Source: Eutreptiella sp. 'Long Island Sound 2002' (lineage: Eukaryota > Protista > Euglenida). Taken from it: DNA of 64,000 bases. This document shows positions 1 through 33,609 of the stretch, in pieces. Under the pieces are notes generated by a model. It was given only the letters and a program-made list of their open reading frames with translations. It did not search any database and was not told the DNA's origin. Position 1 is the stretch's first letter, and each line of letters opens with the position of its first letter. Where the stretch lies: the NCBI GenBank assembly GCA_964036045.1, contig OZ038378.1, forward strand, positions 196,106,001 to 196,170,000, given 5' to 3'. The translations under genes and the position numbers were made by a program.

Positions 1-737
1 TGCATCCCCCTCGACGCCCTGATTCCAAAAAATCCCATTTTCAGTTTTTGCCGAATTTTGGTTTCAGGTCACCTCCGGGGCCCGGGGGGTCAGTCTTGGT
101 AGGATTTTGGGGGCCCGTCAATTGAGCCCTTTTTTGGGGTAGAGGGGGGTCTGGCCAGAGGGCTGTATCGAACCCCCCCCCCCCCGAGTTGAAACCTGGC
201 CACCCTGCCAGATATGCATTGGTGCCATGCTTGAGGGCACCACCTCACAATACTGTGCGCATACCACTTCAATGTCCTGCAACACAGTTTTGAAAGCAAG
301 AAGCAAAGTCCCGTCTCACCCCCTGACCGTGACCCGTGTGCAATCGTGTTGGCGTGTTTGGCCAACGCTCCCTCGGCGCCGTGAAGGTGCTGCACGTGGG
401 CGAGGAATGCCCAGGGCAGCACGGTTGTCCTGTTGGGGTTGCTGTGTTGGACTGCGACATGTCCCCGCAGCAGCGCAGCCCCCCCCCCCCCTCCCTTTTA
501 GGGTGCACCCTGAAAAACACTCCTGCCCACTGATGACACTGCCTGTCTGTAGTTACATCTCTCCTTCCCCCTCTCAACCCCTTCCACACGCGGGTGATGG
601 TTTGGCCAGAGGGAGGGCAACGGGAGGTTAGGGGAGCCTATGATTAACGAACGCTTGGCCTTCAGGGCATGTAACCCCCAGCCCCAGCCTGCCCCTAACT
701 GCCCCTCCTGACCCCCCTCCGGCCAACAGTCAGTTGT

Positions 738-928
738 GGGGGGGGGGGGGGGGTGGCACAAGGCCTCGGTATCTGATTGTTTGCTGGCGGTGCCTATTGG
801 CCTCTCGCCACTGCTCATTCTGACCCTCTGTGGGTCCGAACATGTTTTGGTTGTGTCAACGGAGCCCCTGGATGACTTGTCCTGTTTGACTACTCCAGGG
901 TCGCCTGTTCCGGCTCGTTCGAGCCCCT
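738..928 (-). repeat. Interspersed repeat family B (another copy at ~47775-47961 on +; related 3' part at ~50560-50645)
   Basis: High similarity (by eye) of GGCGACCCTGGAGTAGTCAAACAGGACAAGTCATCCAGGGGCTCCGTTGACACAACC...CAGATACCGAGGCC between copies in opposite orientation; both end in a C-run on the element strand. Confidence 0.85.
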
Positions 929-954
929 GAAGGGGAGGGGGTGGGGGCGGTTGG

Positions 955-1260
955 TAAGGGGGCTCTTGTGACAGGCCAGACCAAAGCGGCCGGTGCAAAC
1001 ACTAGTAATGACTCACCAAAACTTTCCACGTGATACATTAAGTAAAAATGATCAGCGCATCGTGGGGATCCATGAACCATACATGCTGGGGCACCCCCGC
1101 CCCGTTGCGCAAGCCCTGCTTTGTCTAAGCACGGGGACCCTGTCTGACCATTGTTTTCCTGCCTTTCAGCATGCTTGTGCAAGGGGGCTACCTTAGAACC
1201 CCCTCGAACCTGCGCTGTCGGCCCGTCAGGGGTCCCCGTCATGGGAGCCGTGAAGGCGGG
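955..1260 (+). repeat. Interspersed repeat; uninterrupted paralog of the repeat that hosts the YR retrotransposon
   Basis: GGGGCTCTTGTG..GGCCAG.CCAAAG matches 52039-52067; ATGACTCACC, GATACAT...AAAATGATCAGCGCA..GTGGGGATC and GTCGGCCCGTC.GGGGTCCCCGTCA match 57067-57265. Confidence 0.75.
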
Positions 1261-1947
1261 GGGGGGGGGTCTAGAAAAGGGGCTCCTCCGACCCCCCCCC
1301 CACGCGCGCAAATATTTTTTCTTCCACCCCTGGGCCACGCTTGCGCTTATCAGGAACACGTTCTGGTCTTTAGTCAAGGCGTTCCATGACAGTGGATCCC
1401 GCCGTTGGATGAGATGGGCTTCGTGTTCAGTTTGCAACCCTCTGGCATCTTTTTGGGGGCAGAAGAGTGAGGGCTGAGGCAGGGATGGAGGAGCGGGGGG
1501 AGGGTGAAGGGCGGGAGGAGGGAGGGAGGGAGGGAGGGAGTGGCCAGGGGGGGCAGTAGTCCATCAGTGGGGAGCGGGGGAGGAGGAGGAGGAGCTGCCG
1601 GCGATCGGCGCGGGCCCCGTGCCAGCGGATAGCCAAAGGGTGCCCACTCCCCGTGTCTCCACCACACGGATAGGGATGCAAGAGCACAGACTAGACTAGC
1701 CACGTCCATCCCGGGCGTAGGATGAATTGGGCCTGGTCTAGTCTCCAAACCAACACCCCTACTGAACCAGGATACCTCGGCGACAGACCCAACCTGGGGC
1801 TGGAACCCTGGTCGAGCGGACGCATAGAGGCCCCCGCCCAGCATGGCGTCTCAAGGCGACTTGTCTGATCGTCGGACGCCGACGGTAGGTATTCGTGGAC
1901 CTTAGTGACAGCTAGAGTCGCGCAAAACGGAGCTAAGCGAGTAATGC

Positions 1948-2147
1948 GCAGGTGGTGTACCTAACTGGGTCCCCACCGGATAGGTGTTCATGGGACGACC
2001 GCCCCATCTCCCTCTTGTTGATAAACAGCGAAGGGTGCAAAGAGCAGGTGGTGTACCAAAGCGGGTCCCCACCGGATAGGTGTTCACAGGATGCCCGCCC
2101 CACCACCCGCTTGTAGATAGACAAGAGCAAAGCGTGCAAAGTGCAGA
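1948..2147. repeat. Two-unit ~96-bp tandem repeat
   Basis: Core GCAGGTGGTGTACC.AA..GGGTCCCCACCGGATAGGTGTTCA at 1948-1990 and 2044-2086, with looser similarity through the rest of the unit. Confidence 0.85.
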
Positions 2148-2489
2148 TACCTGGGAAAGGTGACAGCGTTCCCGCTTGCTGAGCTAAGGTGGACACGGGC
2201 TATCCACCGCCAAACCCCCGGTACGTAGAGAGAGCCCCTGTGCCTGCGACCCGATCGCTCTAGCGCCCAGCATCACGGCGTGGCGGGTGGCCTACCGGGA
2301 ATTGGCTGAAGATCTGCTGAGCATAGCGAAGCCGCGGCAGCGAGGCTGCCCCCCTGTTCCGGTCCGTTCGTGCTGGGGAGACCCCACCATGCCTCCACAC
2401 CACGTCAAGGTGCCCGGCCCCAGGGGTTGGAGGGGGTGGAGGCGGGGGGGCAATTTGCTGGTGGCTAGCGATCAGCAGAGGGTGTGGCT

Positions 2490-3970
2490 ACATATTGCGT
2501 GGTATACTCACCTTACCTTGCCTGTCCAAACCCTGCACACTAACCCCTGATTTGCGACCCCCTCGGCTTGCAGCACTGGATAGGGCCCACTGTTCTTTCA
2601 AGGCTGATCTGTCCACCCGTGGCTCAATCCACTGTTCTCTGTCTTGCCCTGGAGAGTGGGCAGGGTCTTGGCTTTGAACCCAGAGTATGCTCCCACCTTC
2701 AGTGGCATTGGCACTGCCCTGCAGCTCCGCACCTGGCAGTGTAGGTTGCAGCATTCCAGCAGTCGAGGGTTGCAAGTCTCACAAGACCGGACCTGCCACA
2801 GCTGTTGCAACATGGCAATACATGATAGATCAGTTGGAACACGTCGACGAACAACAAGCCACTCTTGTCTGGCTAGGCCGATGTAAAGCTTGCTCACTGG
2901 CCTCAAGTTTCTACTCTAGCCCCCGTGCCCGACGATCACTGTGTCCTATGAGCAGTTGGTGATCGGATCATATTTTTTAGTGCCCAAATCGATTAGGTCC
3001 TTTTCTGGGGGTACAAAATTTAGGCAGAAGGATTGCACAAACAACGGGTGGTATGTTCGGCAACAACGTTCTTGAACTATGGGACCACTCTTGAACCGTG
3101 TATGATTCCCTCCTTGCGCCTAGCTTTCCAAGTGGTACCAACACCATTCATCTCGTGGAGAACGCTTCTCGTGCCATGCGCGGTTTGGGAAACTTGCCTG
3201 ATTGTTGAATATTGCAATTTGTGCATTACCAAAAAACTGGAGCCCATGTGAGTTATATTGAGGTTGTTGTTGCTTGTTTTGTTTTGTTTTCTCGATAAGT
3301 GGTGGAAGAGGCGGATCCTCTTGGTTACAAAAGATTCCATGGCCAAATAAGTGCCCAAACCCAAACCCGCGTGTGCCTCACCTAATGCAGTTTTGACCAA
3401 GGGAGTAATACCCCTCCTCTTTAACTACAGTAGAAGGGAGAGGCTCCCATGCACAACATTAAGCCGGGGCTGTAGTCTTCACATTGATGGAGCAATGGTG
3501 TTAGAAGATCAACGTGCATGGATAATTACTCATGAGGTTTGTTTCCTCAATAGTCTACGATAAACCAACTTTCTGCAACCCTGCAGTGCCTGCGGCTCGC
3601 AGAAAGTGTTCTCTTAGAGGCAGCAAACCTGGGCCCATCCAAGCAAGGAAATAATTTTGGCTGAAATATTAGAGGGATGGGCGGGATTGTGGGATGCAGC
3701 TGCCCCTCTCAGTGCATTTTTGCCATGACCCACGACACTGTTTTTCTCTGAAGTAGAGGAGAGATTTGAGCACACGTCACTCCCCCGCTGTTGCTGAATT
3801 TGGTGCACTAGAGAGTTTGTTCAGTGCTCTGACTCGGGAAATGGTGAAACTAATGGGGGATAAGTTTGGGACCTTGCAATCATTTGTTTGGGGAAAGGCA
3901 AGGGTGGGTTGGTGGTCCAAAAATGCATTTTGTACCGACTGCTCTATGGCGCCCTGCGCTTTTGGTGTGT
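2490..3970 (-). mobile_element. Possible decayed non-LTR (LINE-like) 3' remnant
   Basis: Broken minus-strand ORFs with an AHAGLGLG motif (resembles post-RT GGLGL) and a Cys-rich segment RSCETCNP..ECCNLHC; no YxDD seen. Confidence 0.3.
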
Positions 3971-4186
3971 AGTCCTAGTTTGGTGGTAATGTGTGTGCTG
4001 CTCAATCTAAGAACTTCAGGGCCATTGGAGCTGGAGTGAGCCAAGGGGGGGGGGGGGGGATGCGGTTTGCATTTTTTGGCATTTTTCGCATTTTTTGGGC
4101 AGGTCCCTTAGTGCAATGTTCAAGAGGAAAAATTTTAGTGGCATTGTGCACTTCAACTAAAGGGTAGTCTTTTACTCGGTTAGTAT

Positions 4187-4776
4187 TTGCATACTTGCCC
4201 TTGGAAACAGAAGGAACAGTTCCCTAGTCATCCCCTTAGTATCTGCACCAATGATCTTGGCATTCAAGTACTATGGTGCGATGCGTGTAGATGCCCCGTG
4301 AGCCACACAACAAAGAGCACAGTCCAACATCATTTGGATTGCAAAAACACCAAGTGGCCGTTGAGACTATGAAGAAGAGGGATAAGGGTCGGGTCGAGCG
4401 CCCCCTAGAGGCAGAGGCAGAGGCTCTAACTCATAAAGTCGTAATGAGGCAGCCCAACAAACAATCCGTTGTAGCCTCATGCAACGACAAGAACAAGACC
4501 ACCGATGATACGGTGTTTGCCTTCACCGGTGCCGGTATTCCGTTGGACAAATTGGATCACCCCCTCATGCGTGCTTGGTTGCAGAAGTACACCACCATTG
4601 CCGGTTGCTTGCCGCAGGGCAGCTCTAACTTCCCCAAAGTCAACAGCCAGTGCGTGCTCGACGGGCACCAAGGAGCAGTTCGCAACAAGACTACTAAGAG
4701 CGACACCACATTGCTTTTTGATGAGTGGACGGATGAACGCGGGGTGAGATTCAGTATTCATTGCTGGGGCGAATAG
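4187..4776 (+). pseudogene. hAT-related (CGGBP1-like) transposase N-terminal fragment
   Basis: Zn-finger LWCDACRCPVSHTTKSTVQHHL, then after a frameshift AFTGAGIPLDKLDHPLMRAWLQKY and TLLFDEWTD (first catalytic Asp motif); truncated afterwards. Confidence 0.65.
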
Positions 4777-4869
4777 TCGGTTGCTTCAATGGGGTATGGG
4801 GTAGTATTGGGGCCACATTCGACGGACAACACATGTACTGCGCGTGTTTGGGCGCCCCTGTCTTTCCAC

Positions 4870-5800
4870 TCACTCCCATTCCCTCACCCCCCCCCCCCCC
4901 CTTCCCATGCACGGAAACGCGAGGGGGTTCGGATCATGTCCGCCAGACCAATATACTTGACCAATGTACCCGTCATCAGTCGCCTTTTCCCACATCAAGC
5001 GACGGTGTTTTGCCTCGAGAATCGCATGCCGTCGCGATTGGCAGCATACCTCCCTACTCAGAGGGTCGACCGGGTTGATGGCCGACCAGGCTCTGAAGGA
5101 ACTGATGGACGTTCCACTCCAGCACCTCAGCCAAAACAGGCGCCGGAGTATACATTGCTGCGAAACTGAACCTACTAACGCTCGCAGCGAATTGATTTGC
5201 AACCTAGCTACGTTACTATCAAACCCTATCCAAACATGGGTGAAGCCCCTGCATGTGGCAAGTTTGGCGACCACATAGACAACAAACAACTCAGCCCGTT
5301 GAGGTGAGTTGATACATGGGGGGCACCGAAGCGACCAATAGAACCTCTTCTTCCCCACCACCCCCACCCTGAACCCAGTGGCTTCTGGTGCAACGTCAGC
5401 GAAGACCTCCCAGGTAGGACCTATCTGCTCCCCAAGGGGGTCTGCTGCTTGCGGAACGCAAGAAAACATGAGGACTGTCACCACCCCTTTGGCCACACCC
5501 CTACCAAAACGCCCCAATTCCCGCTGCATTGCTGCGTAAGCGCCTGCCAAGAAAGCCCCCAAGCCTACATTCGGTCTACCCAGCTAGCAGAGCTTCCCAA
5601 GGAGTCGCTCCATCGCCAACTTGTCTCTTCCATTTACAAGCTTGTCTCTTTGATGCCTTGCCTAAGGCAACAAGCTATTTGTTTCTTGGTTGGAAAATCA
5701 CTTGAGGTCCATTGATGGCATCCAATCAATGAGAATTTGTGTAGAAGGGATTGGTTGTTGAGGGATTTGGCCAACATAGTTGACACACCGTTGTTTTGTA
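4870..5800 (-). mobile_element. RT-thumb/RNase H remnant of a second YR (DIRS-group) retrotransposon family
   Basis: MERLLGKLC*LGRPNVGLGAFLAGAY then VFADVA / QRAELF / GFDSNVA / INPVDPLSR: the RNase H D-E-D-D pattern, parallel to VDAA/QVAEL/QDN/PADPVSR at 55961-56644. Confidence 0.75.
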
Positions 5801-6949
5801 GCCACGGCACGGTGCTTGCTATGGGGGCTTGTAACCTTTTTCCTCCCCATTTCACCGTGTTTGCACCCACCTTCACCTCTTTCTTGTCCTTGAATATGAT
5901 GATAGGGGGAATCGCATGACGAATAGTACGTTCATGATGCAACAGCCATTTATGGCGAGCCCATTCATGCATGACAGTCCTGGTCCATGGGTTGAATGCA
6001 ATCCTTAGGCGGGCATTGATGTTAGCCTGAAGGATGTATAACTAGATGGTTACCACGAGATCGTGCAAGGGTGAAGAACCTCATTGCAAATTTGGAGACA
6101 ACAAAATTCGACAAACAGAAAAATCTAAACCCTTCAAGAAAGCCAAACACACACACCCAAAACCGAAAATTGCGTGCTACAAAAATGCCTGCTAAGAAAC
6201 CAACAAAAAGCCAAAAAATGATGCAAGAGCATGACAAATGCGATTTCGAAGGGAGGGCCTGGAACAATACTGCTCAGCCACGTTAGACCCCAACCTGCAC
6301 CTGGCCCCAGTGTGCGTGCAAGAATCTTCTGGAAATACATCTTGCATGTCCTGTGTGTGACAATCTGGCCCCCTGAGGGATTTAAGGGTGTGGTGTACAC
6401 AACGGCCTTGGCCAAGGGCTGGACATGAGTGCCCTGTGTGATGCTTTTCATTTTGTTCATGTTGCAGTATCCCACCTGGATTCAATGGTTGCCATCTCAG
6501 GGCAAATTCAGTGACGTATGAGATGGAGCATGAGATGGAGCACACAGGCAAGTGCGGGCACCATGGTGCCATCTGCACTCTCCTGAAATGCAATTTTGTG
6601 GATGCGAGATGCAAGCATGAGCTTGTCACCAAGGTGCTGTCGAGTGGCAAGGTGAAACAGCATAGGGGGCAGGCTCAATTGATGGCAATGAGTCTTTTAA
6701 TTTTATCCTCCAAGAAGGGGGAGCATGCTGACGCAGTGATGCACAAGGACTGCAAGCATTCGATCACGTGGTGGGGAAGGGGAGGCCAGTGAGAGCAAAA
6801 GATCAAGAAATGGGTCCATTGGAGCCCAGGAAGCCCTTCCGCCTCATGGGTGCTGTCACAAAGCGATGGAAATGTGCACTGAGTCTTTTAGGCAAAACTG
6901 ATGATGTAGAGCCCAGGACATTCTTCTGAAGTGCATACTGTAACAACTT

Positions 6950-7130
6950 ACGTTTGTGGGTCGGTAGTTACGTTTTGGGTTCTTCTGAGCCAGTAGTTAC
7001 GGTTCCGGGGGCGGTGGTTCCGTTTTTGGTGTTCTCCTGAGCCGGTGGTTATGTTTCCGGTCGGTGGTTATGTTTATGGGTTCTTCTAGGCCGGTGGTTA
7101 CGTTTCTGGGCCAGTGGTTATCCTGGGTTG
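6950..7130. repeat. Degenerate tandem array of CGGTRGTTAYGTTT motifs (transposon subterminal-like)
   Basis: About 8 imperfect repeats of cggtggttacgttt separated by short variable linkers. Confidence 0.6.
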
Positions 7131-8255
7131 TACACAGGGCAGAAAAAAAGGCTTTGCAGCCCCAGTGCCCTACGCCATGCAATGAGTGCATGCTCACCCT
7201 GCCAAAGTAGATGGCACACCAATTCGCGGTATCCTGCACACGGTATCCTGGTGGGCCTGCAAAGACACATGGACAGTGGCACATAGTCAAGAGACATGAC
7301 AAGTCAGACAACACACTGCTGGTATACAATGTAACCTTTGAGATCCGAGGTTCTGCAACTCCTGGGCGCAAGAGGGCATGCCGGGATGGGAGGGCCCAGT
7401 TGCGGTGCGTTCGAAGCGATTCAAGGAACAACTAGCTCCACGAAAGTTGGAGGCTACGCAATTGTTTTTTGTTACGGGTACATTTTCCCACATTCCATGT
7501 CAGGTGCCATGGCCAGCCCCATGATAGATGACATGACCACAGACATCTACTCGGTGGACTTGCATTGGCACCAGTCAGCTTTGGAACGCAATTTCCGCAC
7601 AAAGCTCTCACCCAGTTTCATGAATGATTTCGGCATTCCACACGGTGTGCCCCTCTGATGACCACTAATGCAGCTGTGCAAGTGGCCGTGGCGGGGACTG
7701 GAGGCGAGTTGGGTGGCTAGAGGGAGGCCGTCCTTCCCTCCGGACAGACCATCACCACAGACCAGTACCAAAGGCTCTATTGCTGTGGTGCATGGCTCAC
7801 ACCCTGTTAGTGTGCAAATTGTGCAAATTTGCTCCCCGTGCCTTCCCCAAACAACAGGAGCGCCAGTCCAGGTGTCTGGTACTGGAAATTTGAAAACCCG
7901 TTTCGTGGATGGCTTTGCCCTGCCCGATTCCCCCACAACAAAAACCGAAAACAGCCAGATATTCCGGAAGAACCATGTCCAGGTTTCTCAATCGGGATTG
8001 CAGAGAACTATGTGCATCCCAATGCTGAATGAGGAAACGAACACAAGAAACTCACTGTTTTGTGTAGGATCCAACAGCAGATTTTCATTTGTTTCATATG
8101 TAACATTATTTCCACAGCCCAAATTTCGTTTCTATGCACGGTCTTTGGATCAGTTCAACGTGCAGAATGCGAAAGTGCAGGTCAGGGGCAATGTTGTCCG
8201 CTTTGATTTATGTTTTGTAAAACAGAAGTCACAGCGGCAAACTGCGATGCAATGT

Positions 8256-8337
8256 GGTGGTGTGGCCGAGTGGTCTAAGGCGTTGCGTTAAGGCCGCAAT
8301 CTCTCCGGGGACGTGGGTTCGAACCCCACCGCCATCA
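8256..8337 (+). tRNA. tRNA-Leu (anticodon AAG)
   Basis: Acceptor stem GGTGGTG/CGCCATC plus discriminator A; D-arm TGGCCGAGTGGTCTAAGGC; anticodon stem TTGCG/CGCAA with AAG at 8290-8292; long variable arm; GGTTCGAACCC T-arm; T4 run at 8340-8343. Confidence 0.93.
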
Positions 8338-8547
8338 CAGTTTACTGCCCTCTTCATTACGTGTATGGGGCCTTGGGTTTTCAGCTTTGTGCTGGTTTCA
8401 CTTCCACCTCGGTTACACCCTACTGTGTTGATTTTGCCGCTGGTGATCTCATGCTTCCGGAGACATTCTAACCGGGTAGCGGAGATCAGTGCTCTTCTCC
8501 TGGCGAAGAAAGGGCTTGGTATGCCACTCAAAACTCCTCCCATCTTC

Positions 8548-31197
<22,650 letters not shown>

Positions 31198-33358
31198 ACG
31201 CTGTGGACCACTGCATTTTTGGGGCCCGCCAGCTGAGACGACGCCCGATGGCCTGACCCTCGGGGCTGTCCAACAGCGTTGCAGGGTCCTGCGTGTCACC
31301 CTCGCGGTACTTTGAACCCGGTGAAGGGGGCTCTGGGGGAGGGGGGTGACCTGTGAACCGTAAAACGACCCCCGCAACAATGGGCATCTGCTGAGTCAAA
31401 GTGTCTGAGTTGGACATGTAGTGAGTCAAAGTGTCCACCGGAGGGGTTCGAACCGAGCACCTCTTATGCAGGCCTCCGGGCTGAGTGACACGGCCTCTCG
31501 GACAGCGGGCGATAGGCAGGGGGGAAGGGTAAGGGCCAGCCAGATATCCGCGACAGGAGACCCCATCCAACGCACTCTAACCTGACGACTTCGACTTGTC
31601 CCCCTCCCTCACATGGTGTTGTTCAGACACGTGTTGTGGTGTTGTAATGTCTGGGCTCGGCATGAAATCCGATCCCAATTCCTTGCCACATGTCCGCGAC
31701 CCTCGGCCCCTTTTGCAACCGGGCGCCATTATGCGGGGGGCTTGATCGCCCGTAGGCCCTCGCAGCGCCGGTGCCCACTTGTAGCCTGCCTTCTCCTGCG
31801 GCAGGATCTGCCCCCGCACATCCGTGTGGCCGAAAATGCCACTGCCCGCCTAACCCACAGCTCCTCAGTGTACACCAAAGGCCATGGGCACATGGCATGC
31901 AGTCATAATTTGTACCGCTTGTAATATTCCCCCTACAACCCCAGCGACTCCTACGACGCTAGCCAACGCTCTTTGATACCTTATCAGTTCGCTTTAGGGG
32001 TTCTGGCAAGAGCAAGCGTCTGTTTTACCGCTTGTACCTTTGACCCGGACCTACGTCTGCCCGTACATTGGCCAGCCGGGCGTCCGCACACAAACCCACG
32101 TGCCCTTGCGCCCCTCATGGCGTGGATACTTCGGCCACCATCCCGCGATTCCTTTGTAGATAGAGTGTTGGCCGGGGCAACGCTGATGAGCGGGGGATGC
32201 GTTTGTGGTCATATCTTTGGATTGGCTGCAAAAGATTCCGTTCGAATTCTGCTGTTTTGTGCTGGAGGGTAGTCTACGTGCCTGCTAACGAGATCATCAC
32301 CCACTTGGTGGGGGGAACGCTTGTCCCCAGTGGAAGATGCGCCCTACCACGCAATCCAAGCACCGCGCGTGTGGCATTCAAATGCAATGCGTGCGGTGTA
32401 TTAGGATATGTACCGCAATTGATCATGCTTTGAAATTTACGTCGCCACCAGCAGCTCGCGCTGGGGGAAGACACACCCCTTCCCACCGCAGCCCCTTTCC
32501 CATGCAACCCACCACCTCCCCAGAGGAGACTGAGGGCCCTGCTGTTGACCACCACGGGAACGCAAATCCTGTGGCGCGCAATTTGGGTACTTATAATGCA
32601 ACAGGGGGAATGGTACCCTTTGTGAACCGTAGTTTTGAATGGGGAGCGGGTATCGCAACATCTTTTGTCCGTTTTCGAGCATTGGGTATTGTGCCTCGCC
32701 GTTGTGCCCGTTTGACCTGCTTCATTTGCCCAAAATTGAGGGGAAGTAATGCGGTGCTAATTACCCCACAGCCAGTTACCCTTCCCCCCCGGTCAGGCGA
32801 CATGAGACGGACTGTGGGCGAATGTGATCGCCATGTGCCTCGTCGATTGGCTTTCCGACCCTCCGCCGCAGCGCCCACACTGGCCCTTCTACACGCCACC
32901 ACCGATTTCTGACCCCCCAGTTCATGCAACGCCCCGGCCCCTTCAGTCGTTGTGCTGGCCCCTCGCCCCTGTGGTCCACGCGGGAACGCACAACGGGCAT
33001 AAAGGGAAGGCGTGGACAGGGCGGCACACGGGGCTATTGTGTGCGCTTAAAGGCAGCGGCCAAGACGAACCCCATGTGGCGCCTGCGGCCGCCGTACCCG
33101 ATTGGGGGGGGGGGGCGCCGCTGCCCAAGGGCAGGGCATTGGGACCAAACAGCGCCCGGGGGGCGGGGGGCTGCACAATGCACTCCGCACCAAAGGCCAG
33201 GCATTGGAGGTTGGATGGAACATGGCGGACGGGACCCCGACCCCGCGGAGGTCATCAGGTCATCATTCGGTCGCTGGTACGCGCGGCACGTCCTTGCCCC
33301 CCACCCCCAACTTCCCCCACACCGCCCTACGAATGAAGGCATTCCACCGCCCCGGCAC

Positions 33359-33609
33359 CAGGGGATTGCTTAGTCGCCGGTCGATACCATACCTGCGGGT
33401 GGGGGGGTGGGGGGGGTCTGAGGCCACAAAACAGTTTGTGTACCTGAAATCGCCCTCCATTCCCTCGCCCCTTTAATAAATTTCATTTTTCCCCCGAGGA
33501 AAACTTTTCTGATCTGGTGTGTGGGTGGGTCGGGCAAAATCCCAGGAAGGCCAGAATAGTCACCCCCCCCCCCCCCCCGGCCCGCCAGGTATCGCTCAGC
33601 AGTTCCCTG
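33359..33609. mobile_element. Diverged relative of the hAT MITE
   Basis: Imperfect TIR CAGGGGATTGCTTAG / CTCAGCAGTTCCCTG; internal GTTTGTGTACCT.AAATCG and AAATTTCATTTT motifs shared; flanks match 6 of 8. Confidence 0.7.

Noticed and set aside
7990-8250. Divergent snRNA (U6/U2/7SL) upstream of the tRNA, as in trypanosomatids
   Set aside because: No ACAGAGA box or other recognisable snRNA motif on either strand
31610-32430. Coding-like text with QRRCP and FKCNACG motifs, similar to 60850-61205
   Set aside because: Too degenerate to assign; probably LINE 3' debris but no diagnostic motif
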